Source: a virus. From it: a DNA stretch of 64,000 nucleotides. The notes below the pieces were generated by a model. That model was not told the DNA's origin and made no database searches. It saw only the letters and a program-made list of their open reading frames with translations. The DNA is taken from IMG/VR virus record IMGVR_UViG_3300022561_000003. The stretch is one strand, 5' to 3'. A program made the position numbers and the translations under genes. Shown piece after piece: positions 18,377 to 29,100 of this stretch (position 1 is the stretch's first letter; each line of letters opens with the position of its first letter).

Positions 18377-19308
18377 ATTATCCTTCCTCCCAATTTATTA
18401 TTTAAATATTCAAGAATTTTTATTTCACGTTCTCTGTTATAAAATTTATATGAAGGATACCAATCTGAAAAATCTTTATCATTTTTTGAGCAGTTACAAG
18501 ATTTACAAGATGGGAGCATATTTTCATCTACATATCCTCCACCTTTAGAAACACTAATAAAATGTTCTTGTTGTAGAGGTAATTCTTCTCCACAATAACA
18601 ACACTTACTATCAAAATAATGTTTTGTTGATTCCCATTCTTCTATTGTAAAAGTAGACAATAACAATAATTTTTTTGCCCTTCTACGTTGTGAAATAGCA
18701 TTGATTAAATCTTTGTTGGCTTTTCTATATATTCTTTTGTTTATGGTAATCTTCTCTTTGTTTCTTTCGTTATATTTTTTGTGCCATTCAAATACTTTAT
18801 CTTTATTGTCGGATCTCCATTTTCTTTGACGGATTAAGCTTTCCTCCTTGTGATTATCTCTATATATTTTACCTCGTACTTTTTCTTTTTCTACATTATT
18901 TATTCGATATTCTTTACCTAACTCCAAACATTTGTCGTGATTTTCTTCTCTATATGCTTTATGTGTTTCTGATATTTTATCTACATTTTCTTCATAATAT
19001 CCCTTCATGCGATTCGATATCTGTTCCTTATGTGTATCTCTATATGCTCTGCCTCGTTCTGATATTTTCTCAGGATTTTCTAATCTGTATTCTTTTGTTT
19101 GTTTACTAATATGTTCCTTGTTTTTCTCATAATATTCTTTTCTCTTTTCTTGAATAAGTTCTTTATTGTCAATTACATATTGTTTTTTATTTTCTTTTTC
19201 GCAAGGTTTACAATAAGAACTCACACCATATTTATGTCCTTTTGCCTTGTAAAAGTTATCAAGCGTTAAATTTTCCTTACATTTGCTACAAATTTTTGTC
19301 TCTTCCAT
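18370..19308 (-). CDS. Free-standing HNH endonuclease (paralog of 15449)
   Basis: CCYCG...EHFISVSKGG...NMLPSCKSCNCSK. Confidence 0.88.
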   Translation of the reverse strand: MEETKICSKCKENLTLDNFYKAKGHKYGVSSYCKPCEKENKKQYVIDNKELIQEKRKEYYEKNKEHISKQTKEYRLENPEKISERGRAYRDTHKEQISNRMKGYYEENVDKISETHKAYREENHDKCLELGKEYRINNVEKEKVRGKIYRDNHKEESLIRQRKWRSDNKDKVFEWHKKYNERNKEKITINKRIYRKANKDLINAISQRRRAKKLLLLSTFTIEEWESTKHYFDSKCCYCGEELPLQQEHFISVSKGGGYVDENMLPSCKSCNCSKNDKDFSDWYPSYKFYNREREIKILEYLNNKLGGRIIC

Positions 19309-19557
19309 TTGTGTTTCCTCCTATTTTTTTTACATAACAAAAAGGCCTGGCAAGTAGTTATCCTGCAAAGGCCTTCTATATATAATTAAGGAGGCATTTA
19401 TTCCATGCAATTCCTTAGTATTAAATTATTATTTAATTCTTACTTATAAAACCTGTGTTTTATATGATTATATTTTATGCTTCCTTATTTCATTTTGTTT
19501 TAAAAAAGGGCAATAAAAAAGCACTATTTCTAGTACATAAAGTATTACCCTTTTTAA

Positions 19558-19707
19558 TTAAGGAATTGGAACTATTAAATTACCGAATCCATCAACTATT
19601 AGCATTGCATCAACATCTGCTTTTAATGGAGTATATCTTGGTATTGAAAAAACTGCTAGGTAGTCTAATTTCCCTAATTCTATTCTTTGTGCTAAATATA
19701 AAGCCAT
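19558..19707 (-). CDS. Small tail-associated protein (49 aa, XkdX position)
   Basis: GAGGAGGTG RBS; MALYLAQRIELGKLDY...VDAML. Confidence 0.65.
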   Translation of the reverse strand: MALYLAQRIELGKLDYLAVFSIPRYTPLKADVDAMLIVDGFGNLIVPIP

Positions 19708-19733
19708 ATCATTCACCTCCTCTCACATCCTTT

Positions 19734-20123
19734 CTAAAAGTTCATTATGATGAAGTCTATTGCACCAGCATTTGTTGCAACATCTTCTTTTAATTTTATA
19801 TTATCTGCTTTTAATACTACATTTTCACTTTTAAGTGCTTCAATAATATCTGATTGACTTACCTTAAACACAGGATATTGGAATAATACCTCATTTGTGT
19901 TTATATCTATCATAAAGGTTGTTGCCATTTCAAAATTATTTTCATATTGCATATAATCTAATTGTTTAACACCAACTTGACTTGGATTTCTTCCGTTTAA
20001 CACATCAAACATGATAAAGTCTTGCTCTTTTGTGGTATTGACTGCATTTTCACTATGTTTTTGTGGAATCATTAAAATTGTAGTTCCTGTTGTTAATTCA
20101 TAATATATTTTTTTCCCTATCAT
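19734..20123 (-). CDS. Tail fibre assembly/chaperone-like protein
   Basis: Follows the tail fibre; C-terminal coiled coil. Confidence 0.55.
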   Translation of the reverse strand: MIGKKIYYELTTGTTILMIPQKHSENAVNTTKEQDFIMFDVLNGRNPSQVGVKQLDYMQYENNFEMATTFMIDINTNEVLFQYPVFKVSQSDIIEALKSENVVLKADNIKLKEDVATNAGAIDFIIMNF

Positions 20124-20142
20124 TGTAACGCCTCCATTTTTA

Positions 20143-21177
20143 TTAACTAATACATAAAATGCTTAAGTTAATTGTATTTGATGGCACTGTATTACCACCA
20201 TTACTACAACTTATATTAAATGTTGCGGTAAAACCGTCACTATTAGCAACAAAATTTGTTATAGATATAGTCCAACTAATTGTTGTATAATAATAAACTA
20301 AATCTTTATTAGGCGATAAATAACCACCGTTTAATGAATAATCAGTAGTATATAAATAATATCTATTAGTAGTATTAATAAATATTTGTGAGGGTTGAAA
20401 ACCAACTCCACTAACGGTAAAACCTACCGAAGTTGAACCTGAACCAGTAGGTACAGTAATGGTAGTAGTTTTTGTTATTGTTTTCTTTTCAACTACATTT
20501 CCAATAATTCCATCAATATTAATACTATTTTTTATATTACTTGCTATTAAATTACTTAAATTTTTAGTGCCTGTTACAATTCCATTATCAGTTCCAATAG
20601 TTTTACCAAGCACTACATCACTACTTATGGCTGTTCCGTAATCACCTCCCTCACCCAATAATTGAAAATTTGTGCCATCATAAAAGAAGGTATATACACC
20701 AATTTTTAAAGTTGCATCTAACCCTCCTGCCTTTTTTATTCCTTTTGTACTTCCAATAGAAGATATATTCAAGGTTGCTACTCCTGTTGAATTTGCGTTG
20801 ATTTTAACGGTAAATTTCTGATTAGCAACAATAGTCTCAGTGCTTGTAATACTATAAGCATTTCCGATATTTGTAGTTGTTCCTAGATGTGGTATTGCCT
20901 TTGTGTTATCTGCCAAATGAGCAACTAAATCAACATTCTCTGCTTTTGCATTAAACTCGCTCGCGGTTATATTGCAAGATGCAAAAAGAGTTTGAAATAA
21001 TATTACCAATCCATTTTCACCAGTAGTTGAGCTATATGATAACCCACTACTAGCACTTGTAAAACTTAAATTCCCTGTAGTAGTAAGAGGGGATTCTTTA
21101 TATGATAAACCATCATATCTAATTTTTTCAGAAGCATATAAAGAATTAAAATCTACTTTTGTACTCAAATTAAGCAC
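20143..21177 (-). CDS. Tail fibre / receptor-binding protein
   Basis: VAHLAD...H, F..KINAN.TG..TLNI, YDGTNFQLLGEGG, GTAISSDV..GKT; T/S-rich C-terminus. Confidence 0.75.
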   Translation of the reverse strand: MLNLSTKVDFNSLYASEKIRYDGLSYKESPLTTTGNLSFTSASSGLSYSSTTGENGLVILFQTLFASCNITASEFNAKAENVDLVAHLADNTKAIPHLGTTTNIGNAYSITSTETIVANQKFTVKINANSTGVATLNISSIGSTKGIKKAGGLDATLKIGVYTFFYDGTNFQLLGEGGDYGTAISSDVVLGKTIGTDNGIVTGTKNLSNLIASNIKNSINIDGIIGNVVEKKTITKTTTITVPTGSGSTSVGFTVSGVGFQPSQIFINTTNRYYLYTTDYSLNGGYLSPNKDLVYYYTTISWTISITNFVANSDGFTATFNISCSNGGNTVPSNTINLSILCIS

Positions 21178-21214
21178 TTCCTTTCATTAATTTAATTATT
21201 ATTTAATTGTTATA

Positions 21215-22633
21215 TTAAACGAATTTAAATATATATCCTTTATATTGTTTCCCTTCGCTGTTGCATGCTTTTGTTATACTACAAATACGCAACAGAACAC
21301 CAAATAATCTCTCTGACTCTCTTCCTAATTTGCTACAACTTTCAAAGATTCCAAGTGATACCTGATTTTTAAATATCTCTACTTTTTTGCAACCCTTGTG
21401 ATTCCGTTTATATATTTCTTCTTCGACATCGTAGTTACACCATCCGATATCGTTTCCTTGTTTTAAATAATTTCTAATTGTTGCAGTGTGCAATTTCATA
21501 ATGATACCAATTTGATACGTTGATAAATCGTTATTATTTTTCTTATAGCCACAAGCGGTTTTAACAAAATTATTCAATGTAAATTTTATACATTTGTCCC
21601 AATCAATTTTATTTAAATCAAATAAATGGGACAATGAACTAATTAATATATTGTTTTTTATATATTTTAATTCAGAAATATTTGAATTAATTCTTATGAC
21701 TTCTATATCATGTATATTTGCTGTTTTATCTTTATAATCATCTATTTCTTTAGATTTTTCTTTAGTTTGCCCACTCATATTGTTATCTTTAAAATGAAAA
21801 CCCCCATCCATTTCTACTATATATTTTTTATTATTTAGTTCAAAATAAAAGTCGTATCTCATAGGTTTTATCCAATCAGGATTATATTCTGTTTCAAAAA
21901 GTATATTCAATTGTTCTAAAATTGAAAACATAAATTTGAAAGGATATGACTGCCCATCACTGCAAGAACATCCAAGTGAATGGTTACTATAAATTTGGCT
22001 AATACAAATTTCTTTTCCTTTAATCCTACTACAATCAGGACATATTGATATTATTTTTTTACTACTTTGACATGTATATAATTTTGCCTCATCATACCCA
22101 CCTTGAAAATATGGTATCATCCATGATGCTGTTGTTGGTATATCATTAATGCCTTCAACGGTAGTTTGATTTGCACAACATGAGCATCCCTTTCCCTTTA
22201 TTAAATTAGATTCTTCCATCCATCCTCCAGTCCAACCACATTTATGACAGGTGTACTTATACCATTTCCAATTACAGTTGTTTTTATCTTTTCTATATTC
22301 TCTATCCATAATTGATAAGTCTCTTTTACTATCTTTAAATTTTGTTCCTATATCTATTTTAAATTTATTTGTTTTTAAACATAGTAAACCACCTAGCCTA
22401 CAATTTTTTAAATTACCTGCACTTATTTTAAAGATATCGTTCTCTAAATATTTGATAAACAAATATTGCGTTTGGCTTTCATAATCAATAATTTCAAATT
22501 CGCCTTTTATATCATCATATGCGAACTTGATTTTACATCCTACACTTTTTATCCAATTAATATTTTTATCATTATATCCATTTTGCTTTGGTAAACTCTC
22601 TAAAAATACCTTCCTCACTATATAAACCTCCAT
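21215..22633 (-). CDS. Zinc-ribbon / PD-(D/E)XK-type putative endonuclease (paralog of 60675)
   Basis: CHKCG, CSCC, CPDC; RYDFY...IVEMDGGFH...D..K. Confidence 0.7.
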   Translation of the reverse strand: MEVYIVRKVFLESLPKQNGYNDKNINWIKSVGCKIKFAYDDIKGEFEIIDYESQTQYLFIKYLENDIFKISAGNLKNCRLGGLLCLKTNKFKIDIGTKFKDSKRDLSIMDREYRKDKNNCNWKWYKYTCHKCGWTGGWMEESNLIKGKGCSCCANQTTVEGINDIPTTASWMIPYFQGGYDEAKLYTCQSSKKIISICPDCSRIKGKEICISQIYSNHSLGCSCSDGQSYPFKFMFSILEQLNILFETEYNPDWIKPMRYDFYFELNNKKYIVEMDGGFHFKDNNMSGQTKEKSKEIDDYKDKTANIHDIEVIRINSNISELKYIKNNILISSLSHLFDLNKIDWDKCIKFTLNNFVKTACGYKKNNNDLSTYQIGIIMKLHTATIRNYLKQGNDIGWCNYDVEEEIYKRNHKGCKKVEIFKNQVSLGIFESCSKLGRESERLFGVLLRICSITKACNSEGKQYKGYIFKFV

Positions 22634-22694
22634 ATTTTCACATAATAGAAAAACACCTACTACATAGTAAGTGTTTTAAGTTTTTACTTATTAT

Positions 22695-22982
22695 TTAACT
22701 GAATTTTACGCAAATCCAACAATTAGTGAGATTGCCAGTAGGAGAGTGAACATAAATATTACTATTTATTAATAGAGTTTGTCCGCTTTTATTTAAAATC
22801 CCCGGAAGTACAGTTACATCATCTCCAGCAATTTTAATATCTGCTGTTTTGTTATCTGAACTTACTGCAACCACTGTGCCAGGCCATTCTTTGACTACTT
22901 GTTCTTTACTTTTTTCTTTTTTTATTATATCTCTTATTTGAGATATTAAGAATTCAGAAAAATCCTTATCGTTAATATTCAA
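22695..22982 (-). CDS. Small baseplate/tail protein
   Basis: OB-like GTVVAV..TADIKI; position in the tail module. Confidence 0.5.
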   Translation of the reverse strand: MNINDKDFSEFLISQIRDIIKKEKSKEQVVKEWPGTVVAVSSDNKTADIKIAGDDVTVLPGILNKSGQTLLINSNIYVHSPTGNLTNCWICVKFS

Positions 22983-22996
22983 ATTACATCACTTCC

Positions 22997-24151
22997 TTAA
23001 AATACTATATCTTTACTCTTGACACATGAAATTGACATATTCCCTTGGTTTTCTAATTGTAATGTTATGCTTTGAGTTAGAAATCTTTCCTCGTTTAATT
23101 TTAATGAATAATCTGTTAAAGTAATAACTTGGTCGACATCTAAATGAAACATAGGCATTGCATTAATACTAATTGATGTTTGTAATGCTACTACTCTTTT
23201 TAATTCATACTCTGCTCTCTGTTGTGCAAGTGAATTTGTAGTAATATTATCATCTACAATTGGTGTTTTAGGTTTACTCCCTATTAATTGAACCCTTGTA
23301 CCACTTTGTAAATTATTGTTTATTGCAGTACCAGTTGCGATACTTCCATTTATATTAGAGCCTATAACAACTATAGTATTACAAACATCTTTAAATTTAT
23401 AAGTGTTGGTAGCACCTAAATAATGAAAATTATCTGTTGAATAATCCCATTGACTTCCTTTTATTGTATCTTCAACATCTTTTTCAAATACGAGGTTGCC
23501 TAATTCATTATAGTAAACATTACAAGATAAAATTTGTGCAAATTCTATTAAAACTTCACCATATGTTGAACTTCCTATATCTTTACGAACTGTATATGGA
23601 GTTATTTCTGATGTAAAATTGTTACATAAAATAGGAGGTAACTTATCATTATTTAATGCTAAAATACCTCTAATAGTTGTATATATATTTGAACCTAATG
23701 GTGCTTGATAAATACTTGTAAAATTACCGCCCATATCTCCCGATAATAAACTAAATTTGTCTGAACCATTCAATGTTAAATATGATTCACTAAAATTGCT
23801 TATAGCTTCAGGATCTGATATTACAAAAATCCCTTGTGAGAAAAAGTAATCCTCATCTTTATTTATTGCAATTCCCAACGATAGTCTAAATTTTCTATTT
23901 ATCCATATATTACTATCTTCACTAGGAATATATTGACCGTTGATATTTTTTAACTTAATTGAAACACTTCGTCTTATTCCGTTTTGACGAGTTATTGAAA
24001 GTGAACCACTTAAAATATCCGCTGTAAATTCTGAAGACACACTCTCATCTTCAGATCTCAACCATTCAACCTTACATCTTTTTTTATATTTTCCTGTCTT
24101 TATTTTATCTATATAGTCTTGAAATGTAGACATATCTATATCGCCCCACAT
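22997..24151 (-). CDS. Baseplate hub / minor tail protein
   Basis: Position; RSVSIKL, YYNELGNL, AQQRAEYEL. Confidence 0.65.
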   Translation of the reverse strand: MWGDIDMSTFQDYIDKIKTGKYKKRCKVEWLRSEDESVSSEFTADILSGSLSITRQNGIRRSVSIKLKNINGQYIPSEDSNIWINRKFRLSLGIAINKDEDYFFSQGIFVISDPEAISNFSESYLTLNGSDKFSLLSGDMGGNFTSIYQAPLGSNIYTTIRGILALNNDKLPPILCNNFTSEITPYTVRKDIGSSTYGEVLIEFAQILSCNVYYNELGNLVFEKDVEDTIKGSQWDYSTDNFHYLGATNTYKFKDVCNTIVVIGSNINGSIATGTAINNNLQSGTRVQLIGSKPKTPIVDDNITTNSLAQQRAEYELKRVVALQTSISINAMPMFHLDVDQVITLTDYSLKLNEERFLTQSITLQLENQGNMSISCVKSKDIVF

Positions 24152-24987
24152 TCTTCAATGTCAAAAGTTATTTGATATGGTTGAATATTTAACTCGTCTG
24201 TGTATTTATATTTAAAATTTGTAGTCGTAACTTTTAACATTTGTCCACTTCTAAATTTGAATAGCTTTTCTTTACCATTGTTTATAAACGTCCTTAAATC
24301 ATCAATATAGTTAATGTCGCTTTTAAATACATCATCTATTTCTGATAATCCAGCATAAGCAGTAACACTAGTTTTTAAGAAGTCTCTATTTCCCCAAGTA
24401 ACACCATTATATTTTGTATAATTTGGATAACTAGTTCTGTCTATTTCATTTGTTACATCAGAAGTTGTTAAATTTAAATCAAACATATAAACTTCGTTAG
24501 TATCCCCATCAATTAAATAAACACCATAAAAATCAGCTAATATATTTGCTGTTTCCAAAGGTTCTCCTATTTGAGTATTAGTTTGTGGAAAAATATCATA
24601 GATATATGTTTTGTTGGCTTGTGCAGTATAATCCATATACTGTGTCGTTCCTACATCTATAATAGCTAAGTTTTTAGATATTTCTTCATCTATGGCTTTT
24701 CTATAAATACCCCAATTAGTAATTGCAGAATCTAAACTTACAACATTTCCTGCCTGTAAATTTGACTGATTAAACTGTGATAACATTATTGTATAACCAT
24801 CCCAAGAGGGAACATCATTAATTACTAAAGATTGGACTTCGGTATCCGAATAAAGCCTATTTTGAACATGTATATCATCTATAATATTGTTTCCATAAAA
24901 TGTTATTTTGTTATAAACAGAAGCAACCGGTAATGGCTGTGTATAATTAAGAAAACTTTTTCCTAGGAATACTCCACTTAATAGCAT
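24136..24987 (-). CDS. Minor tail protein
   Basis: Position; Fn3-like YMDYT...YIYDI. Confidence 0.55.
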   Translation of the reverse strand: MLLSGVFLGKSFLNYTQPLPVASVYNKITFYGNNIIDDIHVQNRLYSDTEVQSLVINDVPSWDGYTIMLSQFNQSNLQAGNVVSLDSAITNWGIYRKAIDEEISKNLAIIDVGTTQYMDYTAQANKTYIYDIFPQTNTQIGEPLETANILADFYGVYLIDGDTNEVYMFDLNLTTSDVTNEIDRTSYPNYTKYNGVTWGNRDFLKTSVTAYAGLSEIDDVFKSDINYIDDLRTFINNGKEKLFKFRSGQMLKVTTTNFKYKYTDELNIQPYQITFDIEECGAI

Positions 24988-25008
24988 TTTAATATTACCT
25001 CCCTTCTC

Positions 25009-26067
25009 TTACATTCCAATCCGAATACCGTTTACTAATATATCTGTTGGTCTTATATCTACATAAATTGGTATAGTTGGTAATGTAGTTGCTAATCCAT
25101 ATATAATTATTCCTTTGTTATTAAAATAAAAATGTGTACCATCATATCCAATTTGATAATCATTATTTCCCAATGAACAAAACACCCCTATAAATCCTAC
25201 TGAAAATAGAATTTTAAACTTTGCATTAAATTTTAGAGGAATATTTATTGAATAACTTATATTACTTGTGCTATCTAACTGCAATGCCTTATTATTGTTC
25301 CTTATGATATTATTTGCATATGAATAAGTTCCATTTGGAGTTCCTACTATTTGAATTGCTTGTCCCCAAACTAATTGTATTGCACTTAAATCTTTGAATA
25401 CACTTGCATTAGGAATTATATTAAGATTTGGCAACGAATAACTTACAGTAAATGTTTTCTTACCAGTAGTTGAAATTATATCATTTTGGTCTACAACTAT
25501 ACATTCAATAGAATAAGTAGAACCGTTTAAAAATCCATTAAATACATAAGTCAGATTAGCTGAAAATATATAACCACTATCCTTTAATACAGAAATATTA
25601 CTTGAATCATATAGTACAAATTTAAATTTCTTAATCGCAATACTTTGCGGATGAGAATATGTGGCAATTGGAGTATAGGTTTGAGAATTAATTGTTACCG
25701 GAATTGCCATTGAAACTGTTGATATTCCATAAGATTTAAAAAATACTTCTCCTGTTGTAGTACTATTATTTGCATTGTCAAAGACTGTTAAAACCCATTT
25801 GCAATTTTGATTAGCAGTAATTGTATTTGCAGGAAGAGTTATATTTAAAATACTTTTATCATATAAAGGAGCTCCTAATGTAATTTTTGTACTATCATAT
25901 AATAATGTTCCAGAATCATTATTATAAATATAAATGCGATAAGCTGTTATAATAGAACCATTCATAACAGCAGAAAATATATTAGATATTGTAGGATTTA
26001 TTGTACTATTTTTAGGAATCATATTGGTGCTTAAATATATCAAAGGCTTTACCTCACTTTCTTTCAT
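25009..26067 (-). CDS. Minor tail protein with Ig/Fn3-like folds
   Basis: Beta-rich; directly after the tape measure gene. Confidence 0.6.
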   Translation of the reverse strand: MKESEVKPLIYLSTNMIPKNSTINPTISNIFSAVMNGSIITAYRIYIYNNDSGTLLYDSTKITLGAPLYDKSILNITLPANTITANQNCKWVLTVFDNANNSTTTGEVFFKSYGISTVSMAIPVTINSQTYTPIATYSHPQSIAIKKFKFVLYDSSNISVLKDSGYIFSANLTYVFNGFLNGSTYSIECIVVDQNDIISTTGKKTFTVSYSLPNLNIIPNASVFKDLSAIQLVWGQAIQIVGTPNGTYSYANNIIRNNNKALQLDSTSNISYSINIPLKFNAKFKILFSVGFIGVFCSLGNNDYQIGYDGTHFYFNNKGIIIYGLATTLPTIPIYVDIRPTDILVNGIRIGM

Positions 26068-26070
26068 AGT

Positions 26071-26101
26071 AAAAAGAAGAGATATTAATTATCTCTTCTT
26101 T
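26071..26101 (-). terminator. Terminator-like hairpin after the tape measure gene
   Basis: AAAGAAGAGATA-ttaat-TATCTCTTCTTT. Confidence 0.65.
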
Positions 26102-26111
26102 AGTTATTGAA

Positions 26112-29100
26112 TTAGACTAAAGCAACTTTTGTTTTAAAACTACTTATAAATTCATCTACATTATTTGCCACCACTTTATCAATATGATAATTATGAATAA
26201 TTGGTGCAACCACAGATTGATTATTATGACCAGATGTATTGCTCATATTTATTTTGTCCATAATATTTTCCATAGAAATTAAAGCAGAGGGAAGATAAGA
26301 TACAAGTTGTCCGAAATCTTGAGTTTGAGTTGATGATAATACTCTTTCTTTTGTATCTACCATAGCTAATCTATTACCACTAAATGAACCTACTTCTCCA
26401 CCACTTGCAAATTTAGGAACAACCCCTTTGCCTGATAATATCTTTTCATTAAGTAATAATGTAGCAGCCCTATCAGAGCCTGTAGCCCCTCCACCTTTAG
26501 ACACTGTAATATTAACTCCACTACCATACTTTGCTTGTAGCATTGCTTTATCAACCTCTGTGTTTACTGTAATAGAAGCTGAGTTACCAACTCCTGTAGT
26601 TCCTTTTACAGTGGAAGATAAAGTACCATTTGCTTGTGATAATAGGAGAGAATCTTGTAATGATTTAGCAGAATCTACATCTGTTGTAAGTTGTTTTATT
26701 ATTTCAACCCAATTATCTCCATACGTTTTCTTTAATAATTTTAATGAAGTATCCGCAAGGAGATTCATATCTGCATAATGGAGAGTTAGAAGATTAGTTT
26801 CTATAAGTTGATCTTTTTCAAGTGTTACAAGTTTTTCAGAATATGCTAAATCTTTTGCAGTTTTTTCATCTGCTAGTGATTTTTTTAACGCATTAAGAGA
26901 ATCAGTTTGATGTTTTAGTGCTATAGATTTCTCAAAATCTGCATTAGATTTAACTTGGTCATTTAAGGCTTTTTGTGCGGATTCAATTGCTTTAGGATCT
27001 GCAATATATTCTTTTGTAAATTTCCCATCTGCACCTTGTTTTATTTGCATAACATTTTTTTCTTTTAGTGTATTTTGTAATGCAGTTTGTTTTTCTATTA
27101 AGTCATTCTGATTTTTTAATCTATCTTCAATTTCTTTATTAATATCATTTACAGTATTTAGATTGTCAATTTGTGTCTGAATTGCATCTTGTTGTTTTTG
27201 ATTTTCTTTATCATAAATTTTAATTGAATCTTCTGCTGATTTCATTGCAAGTTTCTTTTCGTTTAATGCTAATGTATCATTTCTATTAGCACCAGTTTCA
27301 CCAGCACCTGCTTTAACAGTTATGTCTAAATCCGAGTATTTCTTTTGTAACATTTCTTTGTCAATTTCTGTATTTACAGTGATAGTTTTACTTGGTACTC
27401 CACCATAAATTGAAGATGCTAATTTGTTTTTCTCATTGTCTTGTTGCTGTTTTAAGGCTATTTCATCGCTAACTCTTCTAGATTCTAAAAGCGAAGTTAC
27501 TCTCTCTTTTGCTTGAGTTTTAAGTGCAAGAGTTGTGTCTAATTCCATTTTTAATAATTTAGATTTCAAGATAATCATTTCTTGTAATTGTGCTTTTGTA
27601 TATTTACCACTTTTTAATCCATCTTCTACAAGTTTGATTTCTTGTTTTTTAATGTCTAATTCTTTATTGAGATTAGATACAATTTCTTTTTCGTATCCTT
27701 TTCGTTTTAAATCATCATCTGTTATTTCTGCTTGACTTGACAAAATATCGTTTTTACTTTCATATTCTGCAATTTTATCATCATATTGTGCTACTCTAAT
27801 GTTGAATTTTTGATATGCAAATCCTGCTAACTTTTCTTCCCAATCAGCTATATCAGCTTTATCTTGTTCAATTTGAGCTTTGAGTTTATCGGAACCATTA
27901 TCTGTTGTGGATTCTCCTGTTGATGATGTAAAGCTTGATTTTCCTCCTGGAGTATTGTTCTTTACTTTATTTAAATAAGATCGAGTTCCTTCGCCATATC
28001 CCATAATAGCTTTTTCTACATCTCCACCAGCCCATGAGATACGTTTAACAAGATATTTAGCAATTGCGTCTATAGATGATTTAGCATCAGTTCTATCAGA
28101 TAAACCTTCTTCTTTTGCTGTACTATAAAGGAATTGTCCAAGTCCAGTTGCACCAGATTTAGAATTTCTAGCTAAGGGATTAAAACTTGATTCTGTCTGA
28201 ATAATTCCAGCTATTAGATTAGGATCTATTCCATATTTAGAACCAGATTGATTTATCCAATCTTTATATTTACCATTTGCATATCCACCAGCATAATTTC
28301 CTGAAGATGTATTCGATGTCATAGTAGATTTAGAAGATTTATTTGTAGCAGATTCTACAGATAACATTGATTTAACATTTGCTTCATTAGTTTTTATGGA
28401 TTGTTGAGTTAGGGTAATTTTCTTTTTGATAAGAATTGCTTCTTTATCTAATCCGGCGATATATGCATCAGAGTTTGGTGCAAGCTTAGATTGAGATATT
28501 GCAAGAAGTTTAAGTTGATTATCTAATTCCTTGATGGCCTGTTTTTGATCGTTTATTGCATTAGTGGCTTGTTTATTTGCATCTGTGAGAGCTTTAGTAC
28601 CTTTTGTTACTTTTTCTTTAGATTTACCAACATCTTGAAGAGAAGTATCTACAGAAGTAATTATATTCTTTAATTTAAAGTAATCATCAATTGATTTTAC
28701 AGTTTCTCCTGCTCCACCACTACTAGCTTGAGATGCTAAACTAGCTTTCTTACCTAAGTAATATGATTCTTCGTCTGTGGCTCCACTAGCTTTACCAAGA
28801 GTTTCAAATTTCTTTTGGATTATATCTAAGTTAGCAGCATATGCCATTAAGTATGCATTTTTAGCATCTATTGCAGTTTTAAAATTAGCAATATCTGTAA
28901 GGTAAGCTCCAGCTATTTTCTTAATTTTATCTGCGGTTACTTGTAATTCATCCTTTGCTGCTTTCTGAACAGTTACAATATTATCTCCTTTTATTTTTGT
29001 TAATTCTTGTGCAAGGAGTTTATCATCGTTCATAACTGCGAGAAGGGAAGGATAAGTTGATGCAAGTTTTAGGATTGATGCTGTATCCCATTCGTTAGTT

